A stretch of 64,000 bases of DNA from Malacoraja senta (taxonomy: Eukaryota), in contig CM075996.1 of NCBI GenBank assembly GCA_038087875.1, forward strand, positions 4,962,001 to 5,026,000. Direction: 5' to 3'. The notes beneath the pieces were generated by a model. That model worked only from the letters and a program-made list of their open reading frames with translations. It was not told the origin of the DNA and made no database searches. Each line of letters begins with the position of its first letter. The first letter of the stretch is position 1. Shown piece by piece: positions 40,701-49,700 of the stretch. The position numbers and the translations under genes are program-made.

Positions 40701-43700
40701 CACAATTTGAAATTTGTATTAGAAAGAAAAATAATCACAAAAAAGTGCACATTGACAGATTTTAATAAAGGCCATTTTTATACATTTTGGTTTCACCATG
40801 TCGAAATTACAGCAGTGTTTATACATAGTCCCCCCATTTCAGGGCACCATAATGTTTGGGACACAGCGATGTCATGTAAATGAAAGTAGGCATGTTTAGT
40901 ATTTTGTTGCATATCCTTTGCCTGCAATGACTGGTTGAAGTCTGCGATTCATGGACATCACCAGTTGCTGGGTGTCTTCTCTGGTGATGGCCTGTATTGT
41001 AGCCATCTTTAGCTTATGCTTGATTTGAGGGGTCCCCTTCAGTTTTCTCTCCGGCATATAAAAGGCATGCTCAATTGGGTTCAGATCAGGTAATTGACTT
41101 GGCCACTCAAGAATTGACAATTTTTTAGCTTTGACAAACTCCTTTGTTGCTTTAGCAGTATGTTTGGGATCATTGTCTTGCTGTAGAATGAACTGCAGGC
41201 CAATGAATTTTGAGGCATTTGTTTGAACTTGAGCAGATAGGATGTGTCTATACACTTCCGAATTCATTATGCTACTACCTTCAGCAATTGTATCATCAAT
41301 TAAGATAAGTGAGCCAGTACCTTCAGCAGCTATACATACCCAGGCCATAACACCCCCACCACCGTTTTTCACAGATAAGGTGGTATGCTTTGGATCTTAG
41401 GCAGTTCCTTCTCTCCTCCATACTTTGCTCTTGCCATCACTCTGATATAAGTTAATCTTTATCTCATCTGTCCACAAGATCCTTTTCCAGAACTGTGGTT
41501 GCTCTTTTAAGTACATCTTGGCAAACTGTAACCTGGCCATTTATTTTTGCGGCTAACCAGTGATTTGCATCTTGCAGTGTAGCCTCTGTATTTCTGTTGA
41601 TGAAGTCTTCTGCGGACAGTGGTCATAGACAAATCCACATCTGACTCCTGAAGAGTGTTTCTGATCTGTCGGACAGGTGTTTGGGAATTTGTCTTTATTA
41701 TAGAGAGAATTCTTCTGTCATCAGCTGTGGAGGTCTTCCTTGGCCTGCCAGTCCCTTTGCGATTAGTAAGCTCACCAGTGCTCCCTTTCTTCTTAATGAT
41801 GTCCCAAACAGTTGATTTTGGTAAGCCTGAGGTTTGTCTGATGCCTCGAACAGTTTTATCCTTGTTTCTCAGTCTCATAATGGCTTCTTTGACTTTCATT
41901 GTCACAACTTTGGTCCTCATGTTGATAAACAGCAATAAAAGATTCCAAAAGTGATGGAAAGAATGGAGGAAAGACTAGGTGCTAAGAGCTCTCTTATATC
42001 TGCATGAAGGAGGCAATTAAACACATCTGAACAATTACAAACACCTTTGAAGCCATGAGTCCCAAACATTATGGTGCCCTGAAATTGGGGGGAGACGGGG
42101 GACTAAGTATAAACAAAGCTGTAATTCCTACATGGTGAAACTAAAATGTATAAAAATACCCTTTAGTAAAATCTGACAATGTGCACTTTAATCACATGTG
42201 ATTCTTTCTATTACAAATCTCAAATTGTAGAGTAGAGGCAAATAAATAAACGATTGGTGTTTGCCTCAAACATCATAGAGAGCATTGTATTCCGCACCGA
42301 CCAGCGGTCGCACTGTACAGCGACACTTTCTAACACGCTAGAGACAATTTACAATTTTACCCAAGCCAAACCTATAATTCTGCACACCTTTGAAGTGTGG
42401 AGAAAACTGGATGTTATAGTGCAATCAGAAAATTATAGGACAATCAGGAAGAATCAAGAGTTTTATGAAAGGTAAATTATATATGGCAAATTTTCTAGGA
42501 CTCTTTAAGGATGTAACAAACAGAATGGATCAATAACCGGTAGACATGGTGCATTTGAATTCTCGGTGGGCATTCAACAATGTGCCACAAAAGGTTACTT
42601 TGCAAGGTAAGTTGAAATGATGTTGCAGGTGTAATATATTGGCACAGAAGTGACTGATAGAAGAGATCATGATAAATGGGTCAGTTTCCAATTGATAAAT
42701 AACAAGCGGAGTGCCATGTGGAGTAGCTTGGATGTCAACTACTTACAATCAATATTATTAATTTAGATGACGGGACTGTGCAGACTACAGCCAAAGTTTG
42801 TGATGATACAAAGGTACTTGGCAAGTTGGGGGAGTGGGGGGGCAACACAAAAAGCCTGCAAAGGCACACAGTTAGGTTAAATGAGTAGTTGATAGGGGGA
42901 GCATAATGTTGGAAGATGCAAGGTTGTCCATTTTGGAATGAACAAAGAAAAAGCAAATTATTATTAAATAAAGCAAGATGGCAAAATGTTACAATATAAA
43001 GAGATCTGGGGGTCCTGGTACACAAGACATAAAAGTAACATACAAGTAATTGGGAAAGGTACTAGAACGTTGACCTTTATTGTAAGAGATGGAGTATAAA
43101 AGTAGACAAATTTAATGCAACACTTAAGCCCTGGTGAGATCACATCTGGTGAACTGCATGGAATTTTGATTTCCTTATTTAAAGAAAGTGATACTTGCAC
43201 TGGAAGCAATGGTGCGAAGGTTAATTCTGGGATAAAGGCTTTAATGTACAAAGAAATGTTTGGCCTACACGCACGGTATGAGTGATGATTGACAGGGTAA
43301 ACGCTGAAAGAATGCATGCCCTCTTGGGGTATCTAGAATGAGAGGATAAGGTTTCAGAATAATGGTTTTTCATTTCAGAGGGAGATGAACAAGAATTTCT
43401 TCCCTCAGAGAGATATGATTCTTTGGAATGTCTACTCCAAGGAGATAGAGTTATTGAACATACTCAAAGTGGATTGACATACACTTGAACTACAAGCAAT
43501 CAAGGGTATAGGGAGAAGGGTGGAAAAGTGATGTGGAGACCAAGATCTGATTAGACATGGAAACAGGCAGGCTTGGCCTATTCATCATGTTCTTATGTTT
43601 TCCAATCTTTATCATTCTTCATTACACAAATTTAACTATAACCAGAGAAACAACATAGGAAATTCAGTCACAATCCTCATCAACCCTACATTAAAAGGGA

Positions 43701-46700
43701 AGCATGATTTAAAAACACTTTGAAACATCTATTCTGACATACATTCCCTTCTACATTTTTATTGTGAACAAGGATGACCAAACTTAAACTCAACAAATCA
43801 TGCATTGAGGAAATATGAATATTAAGTTACGTGCACCCATCAACACTCACCAGGTTTGGCATCCCCACACTGCCAGCAGGTTTCTTCTCCATTGTAAACT
43901 GAGGCAAGCTGTTCCCTAGCCCACCTTTATTCTGCTGGCCAAGTCCACTGCTACCCAGTGTCTGACTGGCATTCTGAACATAAGGCTGCCCATAAGGATT
44001 CGGGGTTCCCATCATTCCCATCTAGAAGTAAACAAAATGGAATTTGTTAAATTATACCGACTCGTGTTAATGCAACATTTTCTTGGAACCTTTTTAGTAT
44101 CCATTCAAATATACTGGGGTGATCGGGGAGGGAGGGGACACACTAATTTTGAAGATAGATGGTATCGAATCAAGATGCTCTTGAAGATGACATTTTCAAA
44201 GTATTTTAGACAAATTAATTGTTAGAGAATTGTCGGCTGACCAGCCAATAGGACTTTAAAAAGTGAACATAATTTTATAACAGATGTATTCTCACATTTG
44301 GTCAGGATTGTTCTACATGGTGTACAAGATATGCAGAATGATTCTGAGATTTCATGAGTAAATTTCGAGTCGTTTAACTGCAAATTATCTTTAGATGGTC
44401 TTTTACTGTAGCTCTTAAGGGCCTCCAATGGCAGAAAACAAATACTGCATTACAAAGTGACACACAATCTTACAAACTATGATAATTGACCAAAGATACC
44501 ATTTGAAAAAAACTTGTCCTGGCTGAATACGTGAGCTAATATATATATTCCAACCTTAATTAAGATTTAAAAATCTAAATATGCCCTGATCTAGTTCCTA
44601 AATAAGGAAGCCTCTACCCTATGCCAAAATGAAAACATTAAACTTTTCTAAGAAATGTTAGGAATGAAGTTCATTCCAAGTTGCCTCGTCAAAATATCTT
44701 ATACATGCTCGATCAGCACCTGAACAGCATTAATACAATGGGCAATTTGATTCAAAATACCAGACATTTCTGTATGCAATGTTAATGACTTTCATATCAG
44801 AAGTCACTGAAGATCTTTTTTTTATTTTTATTTTTTTATAAAGCTGACTAGTTTGTTCTCTACATATTACTGTAATATAATTGAGTTACTAAGGTACCAC
44901 TGCAGCTTCCCATATAAGAAAGCTGGCACAGGATCTCATATTGTTTACTCCTCAAATAAATGCACAGGTGAAAGCTACAAATCACCATTTTTGTTGTCAA
45001 TTAAAATTCACTTATAGTATTTTCTAACCTGCATGTTGCAAAGGAAAACTACGGCAGGGTTTCACACACTACTTTAAAAATTCTGAATTGTATGACCTGA
45101 CACCAAGTCACCAAAGATAGACATTAAAAGCTGGAGTAACTCAGCAGGACAGGCAGCATCTCTGAAGAGGAATGGGTGACGTTTTGGGTCGAGAACCTTC
45201 TTCAGAGATGCTGCTTGAGTTACTCAAGGTTTTTGTGTCTATCTTCGGTTTAAACCAGCATCTGCAGATCCTTCTTACACACCAAGTCACCAAACTGGAA
45301 TTGGAACCCATTAAAGCCAAATGTTTTCAGGATTAAATTATCGGGATTCTTAAATCGAAGGCACCTTGTAAATAAAAGGAGGCAAAGTAAAACAATGGCA
45401 TTGGCTACTGACGCAAAGCTTATTGATTAACCATTACAAAATGTTTTTTAAAATAGTAACTTGGTCATGACCTGTTTCATTTTGATCTTTCACCCCCCCC
45501 CCTCAATTTTACATTAATCCAAAGTGTGAAATCACCCGTGTTACAAGAATGTATTTGGAAATATGCAAAGTGGCATTACAAGCACTCTCATAATGGTCAT
45601 CTCAACTTATTCTTTTAAGTTATGATAATACTTTCCACTTCTGCTGACAAAAAACACACACATGCACATATTTTATCTGACACCAAGTCACCAATCTGGC
45701 AATAGTATCTGCCGGTCAAATGCATTCTGGATTATGATTCACATTTCAAATGCTCTCTAAAATCGCAATCCATGCAAAAAAAAAAGCGAAATCAGTGTAC
45801 TTTAGGATTTTTACAATTTAAATTAAGGTAGCTGCATTAATTAAAAATCAAGGGTGCTCCTACTGAAAATGAGCAGAGCAAAAATACAAAAATCATTTCA
45901 TTTAACATAAATCCATATTAATAATATAACAGAAGATAATATTTTGGGGCTCTCTAAAGTAAAAAATATGAGGGCTAGTTATAGGCAGAGACTTCAGAAT
46001 CTTTGACCATTTTTCCAGCTGTTGAATGTGTACATTGCAAAAATATTTGGAAAAGGAGGAGTTAATAAATAGCATCTGAAGTGTCACTGACAACTTACAA
46101 GCAGTATCAAAGTGGTTGTATTGAAGTACACGAATGCATTATTTGCATCATTCAAACTTACCACTTCAATAGATATATTTACTCAAAGTATTTCCCTTCT
46201 GACTATTAAACCATGACCACAAATTTTGCCCTCAATTCGCTGATCACTTTACCACTGTAATGCTTCAAAATTTCTCATGGGAATGCAGTTAAAATAACAT
46301 TAGAGAAACTTGCAAATCATTGGTGGAGGGGAAGTAAACCGAGAGGGATTGGAAGAGGAGAGAGTTGGAAAGGGAAGAAAGAGAGAAAGAACATGCTTGT
46401 AAATATAGACTGCAGATATTTCGGACAGAAGTTCATTTATCAGATTCGGATGCTGCTTACAAAGTCTACACTTATTGTATCAGCCTGTCTTTGAAAGGTG
46501 GTGAATCCCGTTAAGCTACTGCAGACTATATGGTGAGAGTTCATCTATGATGCTACTTAATAGATAGTAGAATAATCAGCCAACAAAGGAAGTTTAGTAT
46601 TACCAGTTTCCTGCTTTTGAGAGTTTGGAGGGAGTAGTTACATCTTGTTAAGTTGCTGCAGTGCAGCTTACTGCAACTTACTAAATGGTGGAAGTGAACA

Positions 46701-49700
46701 CTAAGTGGCGGACAATCAAATAGAGCACTCTGTTCAAAATGGTACTGGGCCCCAAATGCTTTTACAACTGCAGGCATCAGGATATGTGAAAAACATTATT
46801 TTACACTCTTGAATGATGCACAGTGGATGGCATGAAACCGTTAGGAATCAGAGGGCAGGTCATTCACCACAGAATCTGATCTCTTATATAGCCACTATAT
46901 TAATATGATGGGCCAGTTACATTTCTGATCAATAAGATCCTTGGGATGTGCACATAGTCGTGTTATAAATTGAATGGGGGTGATTGGTGTCTTGTTGGAG
47001 CAATTACTGGCTGGTACCTATGTTGTGTAAATATTATTTGCCATATACAACAGCATCACATTGTATATGCAGCCAAAGCCACCAAAATGTAAGTGATCAG
47101 CAGATTCCCATTTGTGACCATACGTTATAGGAAAAGGTCATTGCCAAAACAGCTGAAGACAGTTAGGCATATGGTATTAGACTGAGGAACTCCGAAATTT
47201 GTTAAAATCGTGTGGGGAGAAAAAATATTTCAAATAACTGGGTGGAAAGATGCATTACTTAGCACATGGATTCCATTGTTAATTTGCGCATTCAGAAGGC
47301 GGTGAACCATTGGAATGTTCTGCACCAGAGGTCTGTGGAGACTCAGCTGCTACATTTATTCAAGCAGAAATTGATTTCTGGACATTAAGGCAAACAGTGC
47401 ACAAAAAATCATGATGGCAAGTGGAGTACCTTCAAAGGGTTGAATGGACTACTTCTGCGCCTATCCCTATATTTAGATAAGATTCTTTACTACAGATTGT
47501 GTGTTTAGTTGACACCTAAAAGTGCCCAGCTTTTGCTGGGGTTATCAACAACTGCTCGATACTTCATTCAACTGGTTTTCCTCCCATGAGCTCAGATAAC
47601 GAACGATGGATCAATGTAATGACACTTTAAAAGATGAGCAAAATTGATGACAAGATAATAAAAGACAATTATAGAGGTTAATTTAGAGGAAAAACAGTGT
47701 AACTTAAACATATACTCAAAAGCTATTTAACAAGGGGGAGGTAGGGTGGACTGCAGAATATGCAGTTTAGTCAGATCCTATCCATAATACAGAAGTTCGG
47801 CGGACATTAACATTACTGGTCAGTTATCGGCTCTGAAAACGACTGCATACGTTTTTTCCCCCCAATGAGCCAATGAAATTCACCAGTCAACACCAGCTAC
47901 AACCTACGAGAACCTTTGACCTCCTGGTGACCCACCTACGGCATGAGAATTCTCACTACTTAACATGGCGAAAAATTTGCAGCGACCATAATGAGGCCGC
48001 GACTAGTTCCCAGAATGTGGGAACTCCTCACGACCATGAAGGCGACTCCCCAGCAACCACCCGTGAACATGTGGCGACCATGTGGTGACTGCATGGTCTC
48101 CTGCAGTCGCCTAAGTGGGACAGGCCTTTAAATGCAAGAACAGGTTAACGGAGCTGAAGCTAAATCTCCTGTTAACATTACCTTAGATTGCAAACAAAAG
48201 TGCGCATGCTTGGGGGGGGGGGGCAGGGGGAGAAGAAAATGAGCTGGTTTTCTTGAACTGCATTGACAACAGATAGTGCTTACACCTCGGCATAAGAACA
48301 AAGGGGGGAGAGGAGCTGGGCCCCGTGCTGCACAACAAACAACATGTTAAGCCAAACTTCAGACTCATGCTCAGTCATTCATGTTTAAGGAGAAACTTAG
48401 AAGTTGTTTAGAAATTGTCATCCTTTAGAACCAACGATCAGAGCGCAACTATATTCCCTTCATTTACACGACTTGACTAAAGCTAAATTTATATAAGCAA
48501 TTTCATTCTCTCTCTCCATAAAATGTCAGTCAAGCTACTGCAGGTATAAATCATAACTTTCCTTCAAATTTACAAAAAGGCAAATAATTTAAAAAGTACT
48601 GCGTGTGCTAAAGCAAATATTCTGAACAAATTATAGAGAATAGCTTAAAGTGATAGCTTCTTAATGGGAAGTAAGAAAGTAAATCTAAACACTGAAAATT
48701 CAAATACATTTGCATTCAGGATATTGAAAGGGGCCCCTAGACAGATTAATTAATTAATTAATTTGAACCATAGCCATAACTATTAGTTAAATATGACAAA
48801 GTGATCATACCCATCAACATGTCCAGCAAAACCTCTTATCCCTAAAAGCAATGTAGAGGAAAGCACAGTAATCTCCATAGTCTTCATTTTATTATTTTCA
48901 ATTGCCATTGACAAGTGAGTGCAAAGATCAGAACGATTCAGTTTGTGAACTGGATTTATAAAATGCACTATTATTGTTGCCCACCCACCCCCACGATGAT
49001 GACTGAAGCAAATTACTGGTTCATGGTCACTGATGAACAATTTAAATTTACCACGTAGGGACTTCTTCCCTTCCCTAAAATCCACATGTTGGGACAAACC
49101 CTTTCGTAAGATGTTTCAAAGACATTATTTGGGAAAGGTCACAGAATTATTTCATCTACTGAAAAACCTCACCCATTCTTTTCTCTGCAAACATGTTTAT
49201 CCAAACCTCTGCTGCCTTTATCAAAACTCACACCATTCATCCTGTGCTCATTCCTCAAATTTAGTGCTCAGTTGAACAACACCCTGTTTTAAAATTCTCA
49301 TCCTATTTATCAAATTCCCACATCTTTGCTCCTCCAATCTCTCTTACTAGTTCTACAGTCCTTTCCAGAATATTAGATTTTAATCTCTATTAGGAAAATT
49401 GGGAATTGGCATTATATGCTGAACATGACAGAGAAGCCCATACACAAATAGAACAGAATTGGAGGCCTTGTCTTTGGTTGCCAATGGAACTTCCTCCCTC
49501 AACCCCTCTCCTTCTCCAAATGTCTTCTCACCTCAAACTCATTAAATCCTACCTGATTAAACTTTTGAATAATCAGCCTTTATAGCTGCTTTAAAGCCCA
49601 ATCTTAAATTTTCAATATCTTCCTACGAAATGCATTGAGACATTTTACCCCAATAAAGATCAAATGTGGCTATTTTCCTAACAATCTAACCTTTGGGCGT

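Noticed and set aside
45097..45735. Third copy of CTGACACCAAGTCACCAA near 45677 suggesting a spaced array
   Set aside because: Two copies are the TSD of one insertion and the third looks like an old local duplication; not a CRISPR-like or regular array.
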